Source: Octopus sinensis (lineage: Eukaryota). Taken from it: 64,000 nt of DNA. The stretch covers positions 5,642,001 to 5,706,000 of the forward strand of contig NC_043000.1 of NCBI RefSeq assembly GCF_006345805.1, given 5' to 3'. The translations under genes and the position numbers were made by a program. Position 1 is the first letter of the stretch; each line of letters starts with the position of its first letter. Below, piece after piece: positions 1 to 12,040 of this stretch. The notes beneath the pieces are model-generated. The model had not been told where the DNA came from. It searched no databases and worked only from the letters and a program-made list of their open reading frames with translations.

Positions 1-328
1 ATAGCTGAAACAAGTAAAAGACAAATGGTAAAATTTATTCATAGTATCATAGTGCAAGTGACTGAAAATTTCCCAATACTCCACGAACGTCTTCACCTCC
101 GACGCAATATTTGAACAAACTGTAATATTGAGAGTAGCAAAGGTGGATCTCTCAAATGAAGACGCAGTTCACCCTAAGAGCTTTTCTTACTGGTTGCTAT
201 GTCAGCAGCTGTTTCAAGCAACGATTTCTCGGTCATGAGATCTCTCCCACTGTTCTCATTTTATATACTCGCGGCTTGTTAGCTTTCAAAACAACATCGA
301 CTTCCTTGCAGTTTCGACAACCTTATAC

Positions 329-562
329 CTTATTTCTTTACTGCCCACAAGGGGCTAAAAACAGAATGGACAAACAAGGACAGACAAACGGATTAAGTCG
401 ATTATATCGACCCCAGTGCGTAACTGGTACTGATTTAATCGACCCCGAAAGGATGAAAGGCAAAGTCGACCTCGGCGGAATTTGAACTCAGAACGTAGCG
501 ACAGACGAAATACTGCTAAGCATTTCGCCCGGCGTGCTAACGTTTCTGCCAGCTCGTCAACT
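329..562 (-). mobile_element. SINE group B (tRNA head, Meta/MESC-like core), full copy
   Basis: Minus strand reads gagctggcagaaacg (A-box-like) ... gagttcaaattcc (B-box-like) ... ctttcatcctttcggggtcgat core ... gtgggcagtaaagaaataag tail; many copies in window. Domain name from memory. Confidence 0.85.
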
Positions 563-646
563 TTATTTCTTCCAATCAGAGCAAACTTTGGACGGCGATT
601 ATGAAGTGTACATCTTAGCCATTCAGGCGACTAGAATATATTGATT

Positions 647-819
647 ACAAATTTTGGCGCAAGGCCAGCCATTTCTGGAAGGGAGCAAATCGATTACACC
701 GGCCCCAGTGCTCAAAAGGTACTTGTAATCGACCCCGAAAGAATGAAAGGCAAAGTTGACCCCAACAGATTTTGAAGTTAAATGTAAAGATTGGCGAAAT
801 ACCCGGCGCGGTAACGATT
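647..819 (-). mobile_element. Degenerate SINE B variant (tail ggccttgtgcc..aaatttg)
   Basis: Retains gaccccgaaag.atgaaaggcaaagt core with an alternative tail also seen at 13820 and 43900. Confidence 0.65.
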
Positions 820-1623
820 CTTATTTCTTTACTGCCCACAAGGAGCTACACACAGAGGGGACAAACAAGGACAGACAAAGGGATTAAGTCGATTACATCG
901 ACCCCAGTGCGTAACTGGTACTTTATTTATCGACCCCGAAAGGATGAAAGGCAAAGTCGACCTCGGCGGAATTTGAACTCAGAACGTAACGGCAGGCGAA
1001 ATACCTATTTCTATTTCTTTATTACCCACAAGGGGCTAAACACAGGGGGGACAAACAAGGACAGAGATAGGTATTAAGTCGATTACATCGACCCCAGTGC
1101 GTAACTGGTACTTACTTTATCGACCCCGAAAGGATGAAAGGCAAAGTCGACCTCGTCGGAATTTGAACTCACAACGTAACGGCAGGCGAAATACCTATTT
1201 CTATTTCTTTATTACCCACAAGGGGCTAAACACAGAGGGGACAAACAAGGACAGAGATAGGTATTAAGTCGATTACATCGACCCCAGTGCGTAACTGGTA
1301 CTTAATTTATCGACCCCGAAAGGATGAAAGGCAAAGTCGACCTTGGCGGAATTTGAACTCAAAACATAACGGCAGGCGAAATACCTATTTCTATTTCTTT
1401 ATTACCCACAAGGGGCTAAACACAGAGGGGACAAACAAGGACAGACAAACGGATTAAGTCGATTACATCGACCCCAGTGCGTAACTGGTACTTAATTTAT
1501 CGACCCCGAAAGGATGAAAGGCAAAGTCGACCTCGTCGGAATTTGAACTCACAACGTAACGCAGGCGAAATACCGCTAAGCATTTCGCCCGGCGCGCTAA
1601 TGATTCTGCCAGTTCGCCGCCTT
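820..1623 (-). mobile_element. Tandem array of SINE B: one headed unit plus three head-less ~190 bp units
   Basis: Four consecutive near-identical units; junction gaaatacctatttctatttctttattacc at ~1000, ~1190 and ~1380. Confidence 0.9.
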
Positions 1624-1917
1624 AGCCGACCAGATTATATTTCCTGTGCACAAGATAATGCATTACATTACACAACAATACTTAACAATTTTCCCTCACA
1701 AAAATACACTGCTTTGCATTATGCTACGAACTCAACATTAAGTCAAAGCTGTCATATCTCAATATTTATTACTAAATTTTTTATAACTATTCTTAATAAC
1801 AAGAAAAACATTTTTTTTAATGTATCTTCATTCTGTCCTTGGAAATTTTTCTGCAAGAATATGTGAAATCTTAATAGAAAGTTCACTGTTTTTGTTCTTT
1901 TTTATGTATATTTAATT

Positions 1918-1952
<35 letters not shown>

Positions 1953-1984
1953 TGTATGTATATATTTTTGCATTGTTTCTGTAG

Positions 1985-2100
1985 CACGAAGTCAATTCTT
2001 CTTAGTTACATAGATTTATCTATGATATGTTTTCAATACTGGAGTGACATTTTTATTGACTTCTCGTCTGGAAATAGACCACGCTCCAATGAAACTAAGA
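1985..2100 (+). CDS. Candidate internal exon (116 nt), unverified
   Basis: Acceptor tttttgcattgtttctgtag, donor aga|gtaatt, single open frame TKSILLSYIDLSMICFQYWSDIFIDFSSGNRPRSNETK; no family recognised. Confidence 0.2.
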
Positions 2101-2190
2101 GTAATTTTTTTTTAATTCAAAATCTTTCTTAACCGTGTCGAGAATACTAGCAATTATTATTATTATTATTATTATTATCAATATATACTT

Positions 2191-2545
2191 AGGCGGCGAG
2201 CTGGCAGAATCGTTAGCACGCCAGGCGAAATGCTTTGCGGTATTTCGTCTGCCGTTACGTTCTGAGTTCAAATTCCGCCGAGGTCAACTTTGCCTTTCAT
2301 ACTTTCGGGGTCGATTAAAGAAGTACCAGTTACGCACTGGGGTCGATATAATCGACTTAATCCGTTTGTCTGTCCTTGTCTGTCCCCTCTGTGTTTAGCC
2401 CCTTGTGGGTAATAAAGAAATAGGTATTCCATCCGTCTTTACGTTCTAAGCTCAAATTCCGTGGAGGTCGACTTTGCCTTTTATCTTTTCGGAGTCGATA
2501 AAGTAAGTGGCAGCTGAACACTTGGATCGACGTTATCGACGTGTC
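2191..2545 (+). mobile_element. SINE B dimer (headed unit plus head-less variant unit)
   Basis: Starts ggcggcgagctggcagaatcg after (ATT)n; junction aagaaataggtatt at ~2420. Confidence 0.85.
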
Positions 2546-2620
2546 CTCCCACGTAATAGTTGGCCCCGAGCCAAAATTTAAAACCATTAATATGAAATTT
2601 CCCGTTATTTGTCGTTATAG

Positions 2621-2709
2621 GTGTGTCTTCATCTCGCAGCGAGGAATTTTTGTATTGTTATCTAGTGCAAATACAAATAGAGAGAAAAATGTTCCCCCTG
2701 TTTTCTTTC
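2621..2709 (+). CDS. Candidate internal exon (89 nt), unverified
   Basis: Acceptor ttatttgtcgttatag, donor ttc|gtgagt; two frames are open. Confidence 0.22.
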
Positions 2710-3019
2710 GTGAGTGATCCAAGCGGAAACCTCCTGAGATGCGTCGGACGTCTTCTGTATAACGAAGACATTTAATTTAACATGTTTAGATACAATTTAT
2801 GGTTTCCTTGATTTGTTTAAATTTCAACTCAAGATGGATTCCCGTCCAGAATAAGGAGCCCCACCTCAAAAATAACGGTTCAGATTTTGGCATGAGGCGC
2901 GTAAATTCAATTTCCTTTTTCTTACTCTGTTCTTATTCTTTCTCTTTTTCATTACAATGAAAATGTTCACTGCTGTGGAACTGTTCGTTATAATGAAATT
3001 GTTCACTACAATGTATGTT

Positions 3020-3448
3020 TAACATATATTAAATAAGAAGCACCTGCTATGCATAATGAAATTGCTCTCGATATGATATAAACCACGCAGGGAAATGTAT
3101 ACCATTATTCAGTTTATTTCAAGATTTCTTGCCAATAGAGAAAGAACCTAGATCCAGGATAATTATATCTATATATATATATGTGTGTGTGTGTGTGGAG
3201 GCGGAATGGTCCAGTAGTTAGGGCAGCGGACTCGCGGTTAGAGGATCGCAGTATATTACCGTTGGCGATTTTTTTCCCTCTGTCTTCCCTTCTCTGGATC
3301 TTTCCTTCTCCAATGTTTCCGACGAAGAGCTCCGCTCAAAACGTTAAACCCTCCTTCTTCCCTTCCTTCCTGAGCGTCCAATAATAATATATTTGTTCCA
3401 CGTCCTCGCGTTGTTGTGTTTTCTCTTTGTGTTTTCATGTTTGGATTA

Positions 3449-3450
<2 letters not shown>
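3020..3450 (+). mobile_element. Penelope-like element terminal remnant with decayed hammerhead-like motif, interrupted by a SINE C head (3195-3253)
   Basis: gttt-ccgacga-a-gagc-tcc-gctc-aaaacgtt-aaac at 3315-3349 has the minimal type I hammerhead layout typical of PLE repeats. Confidence 0.5.
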
Positions 3451-3451
<1 letters not shown>

Positions 3452-3515
<64 letters not shown>

Positions 3516-3746
3516 GTGTATGTGTGTATGTATATATATTCTTGCCTAGATACATTCATAAATTCAAAAATTCATACGTACATACATACATACATACATA
3601 AATACATACATACATACATACATACAAACATACAAACATACATACATACATACATACATACATACATACATACATACAAACATACATACATACATACATA
3701 CATACATACATACATACATACAAACATACATACATACATACATACA

Positions 3747-3778
<32 letters not shown>

Positions 3779-3782
3779 CACA
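3452..3782. repeat. Compound microsatellites (TA)n, (TATG)n, (TACA)n
   Basis: Direct reading. Confidence 0.97.
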
Positions 3783-4010
3783 AACGAAGTGGAGTGTTCA
3801 AGCAAACAAAACATTTAGCTAACGCGCGTTTTGAGATTACTGCATGTAAGCGGAACAGTAAAAGTATATAAGACGTTTTTAAGTTCAACATATAGCTCTT
3901 CACCATTATTGTTATCTAAATTTCTATCAAGCTTCGTTCCTTCGTGAGAAACCCGTTCCTATTTAGAGGAATAATTCAAAAAATTAAAAACGACGATTAA
4001 CATATATATA

Positions 4011-4388
4011 GGCAGACGTATATGGACCACATGGTTCCAGATTTAGTCCCACCAGGTGTTGCCTTATGCAAGAGTCTTCTACTGTAGCCCGGAGCGACCA
4101 GTGCTTTGTGAGTAGACGGAAACTGAAAGAAGCCTGTTGTATGTGTGTACATGTGTGTACGTGTGCGCGCGTATGTGTGTGTGGAGGGGATGCCTTTTAT
4201 CCCCGTGTGACAGTCAAAGTTGGTTTGTTTACGTCTCCGTGTCGTAGCGGTTCAGCAAAAGAGACCGACAGGATAAGTACCTCGTTTAAAAAATAAGTAC
4301 TGGGGAAGACTCCTTCGATTAAACGTTTCAAGGCGGTGCCACAACATCCTCGCAGTCCAGTGACTGAAGCAAGTACAAGATGAAAAGA

Positions 4389-4390
<2 letters not shown>
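4011..4390 (+). mobile_element. Old degenerate SINE group A
   Basis: ccacatggttcc ... gacggaaactgaaagaagcc ... gcggttcagcaaaagagaccga ... gactgaagcaagta. Confidence 0.75.
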
Positions 4391-4423
<33 letters not shown>

Positions 4424-4428
4424 GTTTC

Positions 4429-4835
4429 GTGGCTGTGTGGTCAGTAGCTTTCTTACCAACCACATGGTTCCGGGTTCAGTCCCACTGCGTGGCATCTTGG
4501 GCAAGTGTCTTCTGCTATAGCCTCGGGCCGACCAATGCCTTGTGAGTGAATTTGGTAGACGGAAACTGAAAGAAGCCTGTCGTATATATGTACATATACA
4601 TATATGTATGTGCGTGTATATATGTTTGTGTGTCTGTGTTTGTCCCCCTAGCATTGCTTGACAACCGATGCTGGTGTGTTTACGTCCCCGTAACATAGCG
4701 GTTCGGCAAAAGGAGACCGATAGAATAAGTACTGGGCTTACAAAGAATAAGTCCCGGAGTCAATTTGCTCGACTAAAGGCGGTGCTCCAGCATGGCCACA
4801 GTCAAATGACTGAAACAAGTAAAAGAGTAAAAGAG
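4429..4835 (+). mobile_element. SINE group A (tRNA head, CORE-like segment, internal microsatellite, tail ending gactgaaacaagtaaaagag)
   Basis: tggctgtgtgg A-box-like, ggttcagtccc B-box-like, ggca.cttgggcaagtgtc resembles the CORE-SINE motif. Confidence 0.9.
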
Positions 4836-4853
4836 AGAGAGAGAGAGAGAGAG

Positions 4854-4891
<38 letters not shown>

Positions 4892-4925
4892 TTTCTAAAT
4901 TGACAGTATACAACCATTATATATA

Positions 4926-4956
<31 letters not shown>

Positions 4957-5228
4957 ATGCATATATACACATGCATATATGCAGACAGACATACACATTG
5001 GTGCGTGAACCCAAAATGAAACGACAATACCAAAAGACGCCCCTCTACTCTCGATCAAGCGTCAAACCTCCGATAAAAAGGGACGTGGATAGGAGAAATG
5101 TATGTCTGCCTCGTTCTGGTATTCAGCTCGTAATGGATATTGGAAATCGAGTGCAGCATTCACATTGTTACTTAGCGACAAAGTATTTCTCAGAGCAATG
5201 TCGCTTCAGATACTTCTTGTTTCCCCCA

Positions 5229-5291
<63 letters not shown>

Positions 5292-5403
5292 TCATTCACC
5301 CACTTGTGCGCTTTTTCGTTCGTTCGTTCGTTTGCTTGTTCTTCCTTTCTTTTTTCTATCACTCATCTCATTCTTAACGCATGCAAAATCACACACTAAT
5401 ACA

Positions 5404-5458
<55 letters not shown>

Positions 5459-5492
5459 TATGTATGTATATATATATATATATATATATATA
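5229..5492. repeat. (CT)n, (CA)n and (TA)n microsatellites
   Basis: Direct reading. Confidence 0.95.
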
Positions 5493-6229
5493 GCTACCGA
5501 ATGAAAAGACACTTAATAGAGTGAATAGTATTTGCGTATGAATCAGTGGGTTGCTAAGTGACCAAATGCCACTTTAGAAATTGTGCTAGGATTTTCATCC
5601 AAGTATTGTGTAGTAATCATATTAATAATCTCACATTTAATAGATCACGTAGTATCGCTCTATATTATACAAGGTATTCGGTTATGTTTACAGTGAACGT
5701 CCGTATTAGGAGAATGATGACAGAATGAGAATAGTAACTCTATAATAATATAGTGTATTACATATATCGTAATTATAACAATTATGATAGTTCTATTATT
5801 GTTATTTAAGTTCATGGGTACTGGTACACAGTTTCAGTAGTTCCAACCCTATTATTGGTGGTGCCGTCTTTATACCATGTCCCAACCTCCCTGCTTTGAT
5901 ATATTTTTATTGCTAGCTGAGCTCATAAAGAATTATTTCGGTGATTAATCCAAAACATTGGAAAGTTCTATATTACATATACTCACACACAAAACAAAAA
6001 CATTCCTCAAAGACCCAAGAGGTAAATTTTGTCAAATATTTTAGCCTTTTCAGGGGACGAATGGAATGTTCTGAGTTTTTGAATGTTAGATACGGATCTG
6101 TTTCCTATGCAATGTTTGAAGGGCTGTGAGGAGAGAAACTGCCAAGCAATGTAACAATACCTTCCAGTCCCTCTGTTTTAATTATTTTCTTGTATTCCTA
6201 AGTTTTTGGGGAAGCTTTCCAGAACTCCT

Positions 6230-6479
6230 TTTACATACACAGATATACACATACACACAGACGCGCACGCACTCACACATACACACAACCACACACACAA
6301 GCACACATACATACATACATACATACATACATACATACATACATACATACATACATACACTCACACTCATAAATATAAACATACCAGTATATATTATCTG
6401 TGTATATGTATATACACACATACACACAAATATACATACGCACATGCATACATATATACATGCATACATACATATATAC

Positions 6480-6512
<33 letters not shown>

Positions 6513-6630
6513 TAATATATATGTATATAAATTGCTAATATACATATATATTTTTTATACACTATATGTGTGTGTGTTTGTGTGTGTGTACGTTTTATGT
6601 ATGTATGTATTTATGTATGTATGTACGAAC
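6230..6630. repeat. Compound (CA)n/(TACA)n/(TAA)n/(TATG)n microsatellite block
   Basis: Direct reading. Confidence 0.95.
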
Positions 6631-6824
6631 GTATAGTGCCGATGCATATATCAAGCTGGTTAGCTGGTGTTTCAGGATTGACCTACAAAATTGTGAACTG
6701 TTCTCCAACCTAGAAGCACGAAACGTGTCACTGTTTTAATGTCAGTCAAACGGATTGAAGTGCACGTACTTAGACTCAACCAAGCAGCTCCTAAGAAAAT
6801 AGATGTTTTTGATATTATTTAGCT

Positions 6825-6996
6825 CCAGGTGAACTGGGGCTAGGACTAGTGGGAGGTCCCGCATCAGATGTCTGCATATGATGGGAAAAGAACTCCAGCG
6901 GCAGAGGCTGGTACGGAACCGCCAGCGATGGAGAGCGCTAATGGAACTGGTCGGTTCTACGCATGATGACGCCTCTGGGACAACTAACTTGGAATG
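6825..6996 (+). pseudogene. RTE-clade LINE ORF C-terminal remnant
   Basis: Translates GARTSGRSRIRCLHMMGKELQRQRLVRNRQRWRALMELV, resembling RTE ends (G.R.RGRP..RW ... DR..WR.LV). Confidence 0.5.
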
Positions 6997-7435
6997 ACCC
7001 CAACCCAAGAAGCCAGAAGCCTGCCCAACTGTGAATTAATAAACTCATAGTCAAAATCATTTTAGCCGTGACCATTCCGTCATTGTTGCATTATGAAGCG
7101 CTACATTATCCATTAATTCTGTTTCGTTCCAAAACGATACAATGTCATTTGTGAGAGATTTGGCGCGATTTCGAACATGTTGCGTTATCGCATAGTTGGG
7201 GTTCTCTGTGGATAATGTTGGGATATGAGGTACTCGTACATATAACAATTCTTCAGTTACGAAATAGATTCAGGTATTCGAATGTTCTGTGTTAAAAGCG
7301 GAGATTATTTTATTTGGTGCGAGAGGGGATTCCTGTCCGGAATTATGAAATTTTAAGGATTTAAAAGGCTCCTTTTATTGTTAGCAAACAATACTGATAG
7401 TCAGGAAAAATTGGATTAAAACAGGACCTATTGTT

Positions 7436-7657
7436 TCTTATTTCTTTAATGCCTACAAGGAGCTAAACATAGAGGGTACAAACAAGGACAGACAAATGGA
7501 TTAAGTCGATTACATTGATCCCAGTGCGTAACTGGTACTTAATTTATCGACCCCGAAAGGATGAAAGGCAAAGTCGACCTCGGCGGAATTTGAACTCAGA
7601 ACGTAACAGCAGATGAAATACAGCGTGCTATCGTTTCTGCCAGCAGCTCGCCGCCTT
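7436..7657 (-). mobile_element. SINE B
   Basis: Group B consensus with a ~25 bp deletion near the head. Confidence 0.88.
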
Positions 7658-8830
7658 CGACAGGAGTTATTGTTTCTACCATAGTAACACTAGTAACGTA
7701 TTTAACTCTTGAAGTTCAATCCACTCAAGTTTTGTGTCAGGCCTCGCAAAGTTTACTACTATGCGTAACGGAGGCACTGAAAATTTGACGAGTGTTTTGT
7801 TTGATTGCAGTGCTTAATTAAATTTCTATCAAAAACCAAAAGGCTACTTGTAACATAACTATGTAAATCCAGAAATATTTGTCTGTTTCTCAAAATCTTA
7901 AAGTAATGGAAGATAAAGCTCATTTTGGAATATGATTAGCATTTTAGCATATATATTTAGCGTATAGAACATCAAAATCTTATTAGAGGTCTGTAGCTTA
8001 CTTTCATCTCTCATGACGTCAAGTATTACTTTAATATCACTTATAGACTATTGCTGGATATATGTTTTTATCTGTAACACATAACACAAGAACTTTCAGA
8101 GATTTTACGAATAAAGCAACATAAGCCCAAACTATTTAGTTTCACATTAACCTGTAAATCTTATGCTTAATTTTCATGTTTTGTCGACATCTTTCAGTTT
8201 GTCACATATAATAGCATGATCGAATTCGTAAAAGGATTTTCAAAAAAACATGAAGGTATACGCAGTTAACTCTTGATTTGGATAACTAAAGCTTTTGAGG
8301 CTTACACATAAATCACTAGCCGGGCAGTTTCGTGATATGCAGAAACTGCAATCGCGTTGCTTATTACACAAAAGTTTACCAGTCAAGTGTTGAAGTTGAT
8401 AGTATTAACTAAGACCTTACCGTAAAATAGCGGATTTGTGCCTAAATTAGATATAATTATTATATTGTTAGATAAATTATTATCTTTTCACTTATAAATC
8501 TCTTCAGAACATTTGATAGATTTAATGCAATATGTATGTAGATAGTGAGTCATAATGGAATGCCAAATTTTGAGATAAGATGTTGTAATTTTCCTTTCAG
8601 AATATTCGGAAGTCATTCAGTGTCTAAGTAACTTTGGAATATATAATACAGATAAATTATATATGCTGATATATTATCCGTGACGAGATGCCGCTTTGTC
8701 TGATACGCACATAAAAAGTTACAATTTCGGGGATGAAAAGAAATTAAACTATAAATCTAATAAATGAAATACAAGTGGTTGAACCTTACATTAACACATA
8801 AGTAAAATTATTAATTATAGTACTTATATA

Positions 8831-9045
8831 TACCAGGGGTTGCTGAAGAGTTCTTGGTTTTAAGACTATCGCAAGAGGCCTGGCTGGAGGCCCTGCCTTC
8901 CGAGTTCTTTTACAGGGCTAAGAAAACTGAAGGACCGTCGCAATAAGTATGTGACTCAGTGAGGGGAATATGTTGAGTAAAATCGTAACTGATGACTGAC
9001 TCCTGTATTTTCTTTTTCACAAAGACAGGAACTTTTTATGTGTAT
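8831..9045 (+). mobile_element. Internally deleted mariner element
   Basis: TA-taccaggggttgctgaagagttcttgg left end, decayed right end caggaacttttt; internal GLRKLKDRRNKYVTQ*GEYVE* matches the mariner transposase C-terminus. Confidence 0.65.
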
Positions 9046-9875
9046 ATAAAGGCTTCTAACAGTTTCTTGCCATAGAAACATTGAAATTAGGCAGATTTAT
9101 ATAACGTGATTTGTGTCTCCAAAATGGTGGTGAACACTTTTCTCCATGTGATCGGCTTGAAAAATTGTTAAAACACTCGGATATTTTCCTACTTTTTTTA
9201 ACATGAAACCTATGTTAAGCACTCATTTTCATCGTTCGACATATATATACATGTATATGTATATACACTTACATTTATGTGCGTGTGTTTGTATATATGC
9301 GCGCGAGCGTTAACTGGAGAAGGGTGACGAGTAACAATTATTTAAATAATAATAACAATTATAAGCTTTACACTCATTTAAAAGACATCATTATTATTAT
9401 CAATAATATTAATACGGTTTGTTTTGTTTGTTTTTGTCCGTGCCTGTGGTGTGTGTCACACTTACTTCAATGGAGGAAGTGAGTGGCAAAGCGAGAGGTA
9501 GGAGAACAGAGGAAGTAAAAAAAAAGAGAGAGAGTGAGAAAGAAGGAGAGAAAGAGAGAGAGAATGAGTGAGAAAGAGAGAGGGTGGAAGAGACAGTGAG
9601 TGGTGACGGCGTTCGCTTTGTATGTCTAAATGTTTATCACATCGCAAGAAAAGTAGATACGTAGATCGAAAGAAAAGTTGATACATAGATATATAGACGC
9701 AGCAAATATTAGTTGTTACTTTCACTTTTCATTACCACATGAGGATAAAATTAACCCGCAAGTGGCTGAGTACTCTACAGATATGCATATCATTAACGTA
9801 GTTCTCAGGGAGATTCAACCTCACACAGATTCAACTTCATTCTTCGCCCTTGTAGCAAATAAATGAAATCATCAC

Positions 9876-9908
<33 letters not shown>

Positions 9909-9912
9909 TATA

Positions 9913-9945
<33 letters not shown>

Positions 9946-9964
9946 ATATATCTGTGTGTATATA

Positions 9965-10160
9965 GTGTGTTTGTTTGTGTCTGTGTTTGTCCCCCACCAT
10001 CACCCGTGTTAATGTTTTTTTACGCCCTCGTTACCTAGCAAAAGAAACTGATAGTGTAAGTACCAGGCTTTAAAAATATTCCCTGATCGATTGCTCGACT
10101 AAAACCCCTCAAGGCGGTGCCCCAGCATGGCCTCAGTCAAATGACTAAAACAAGTAAAGC
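9965..10160 (+). mobile_element. SINE A 3' half after (CAT)n/(TA)n/(TATG)n
   Basis: tgtgtttgtccccc ... ggcggtgccccagcatggcc ... gactaaaacaagtaaa. Confidence 0.8.
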
Positions 10161-10251
10161 AAAATATCGTTTATAAAAATACACGCATGGAAATGAAATG
10201 AGAATACTGAAGCAAATGTAAATTAACATTTTTTTACAAGATATACGTTAA

Positions 10252-10485
10252 TCCTTTGAACCCACTTGTAGACTTTAGAGTGCACCATTTCGTTAAGCCA
10301 TGCCCCTGGAAGACGCAAAAACTGACGGCTTAATACTTACGTGTTTACCGTTCGTTAATCGGCAGAAACATCGTTATTTTCAACCGTAAATACAAAACCA
10401 TGTGGCTACCCACTTTTGCTTCTTCCAGGAGCATTATGGCCAATGGAAATCGCACCCACCAGCGCGTATTCGCGGGTTCAAAAGA
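10252..10485. mobile_element. piggyBac-like MITE (234 bp)
   Basis: TTAA at 10248-10251 and 10486-10489; 14-bp TIRs tcctttgaacccac / gcgggttcaaaaga (12 of 14 match). Confidence 0.55.
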
Positions 10486-11544
10486 TTAAATAAATACCTG
10501 GTCTGATATAACACGGTGATTTATACGATATTCAATAAAACCTCTAGCTGTTTCTAAAAGATTCGCCTTTCTTGCTAATTGAGACAATTTATTCTCAATT
10601 ATATTTTTTTCACCCAGTTGTAAATTTGTATCAGAAGGTTGAATTACTCGTAGATATACACCATGCGGAACTGCAAATGAACAAGTGTTTTGCTAGGTTT
10701 AAACTGTTAGTCTGTAACAAATCGAAAAGTTAGTTTGGAAAGGTATGGGTTCCACCAGATTATATTTCCACAAAAACATGAAGACTCTTATTATCCAGCA
10801 AGTTTATGAAACTTACACTTAATTCACACGTTAATCCATAAATCCATTGGATGTACAATTAATTCTGACAGAAGGGTTAATATTTAGATTTCTCACCGCC
10901 CACCGTATTTAATAGATTTCAAAATTGAGATGCTCTTGATAACACTTATGAAAAAGAATCTCTTCATATAACACATTTGTTAAACATATAATTAAAGATG
11001 TTGGCAAGCCTTAGAGCAATACAGCATACACGTTAACATAGAACGAATTTGCTTTTCTTTCTTTACACAAAAATCACTAAGATTCTTAATAACGAATATA
11101 CGTAATAACGAATATATTTCCAACATCTAGCTGAAGTACTTATATTTTCTTAATGTCTATTTTGATTCATTTAAATGTTCGACTGCCTGTGCTTATACAT
11201 AATTTATCAGTTTACTGACTTCACGAAGAATCACTGCTAAAAACAAACTTGCTCGACATCCGTTGTTTCATGCTGCTACGAAACCTTAATAACGTATCAT
11301 TGGAAGGTTAGTCATACTTTGAAAATTACTAGAAAATGTTTTTGCACTCCCACTACCGAGTGTACCAAAAACAAAAAGAAAAATAACGTGCAAGTCATCA
11401 CGCCTCCATTCACACGTGCCTCTAATTATTCAGCTCTCCCTCGTATTTATAAAGTATCTTCCTCGTATCTAGAAATGAGACTAAAACAGATGGTATTTTG
11501 ATGGTGAATGATAAAAACTAATGTTTGTTTATACACATTCATTC

Positions 11545-11566
11545 ATTCACACACACATATATAGTG

Positions 11567-11659
<93 letters not shown>

Positions 11660-11694
11660 CATACACACGCACATATATATACTGTGTATGTATG

Positions 11695-11787
<93 letters not shown>

Positions 11788-11896
11788 TATATATATACTT
11801 ATATATATATATTATATATATATATATACATATATATACATACATATATACAGAGATAGATAGATAGATAGCTAGATAGATAGATAGATAGATAGC

Positions 11897-11942
<46 letters not shown>

Positions 11943-12040
11943 CGGGTATGTCTGTATGTATATATGCATACATCTGTCTGTCTGTCAGTGTGAGTGCATG
12001 TGTGTGCGCGCGTGTGTGTGAGTGTGTGTGTATATATGTG
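11545..12040. repeat. Long (TA)n, (GATA)n and (TG)n compound microsatellite
   Basis: Direct reading. Confidence 0.97.

Noticed and set aside
20-328. Possible coding or retroelement fragment at the window start
   Set aside because: All frames are interrupted and no diagnostic motif was recognised.
820-1623. CRISPR-like or retrozyme-like regular array
   Set aside because: The units are whole SINE bodies with no unique spacers, and neither strand has a CUGANGA...GAAA hammerhead core.
7057-7248. Protein-like 63-aa minus-strand ORF
   Set aside because: No convincing acceptor or donor in frame and no recognisable family; cannot be supported.
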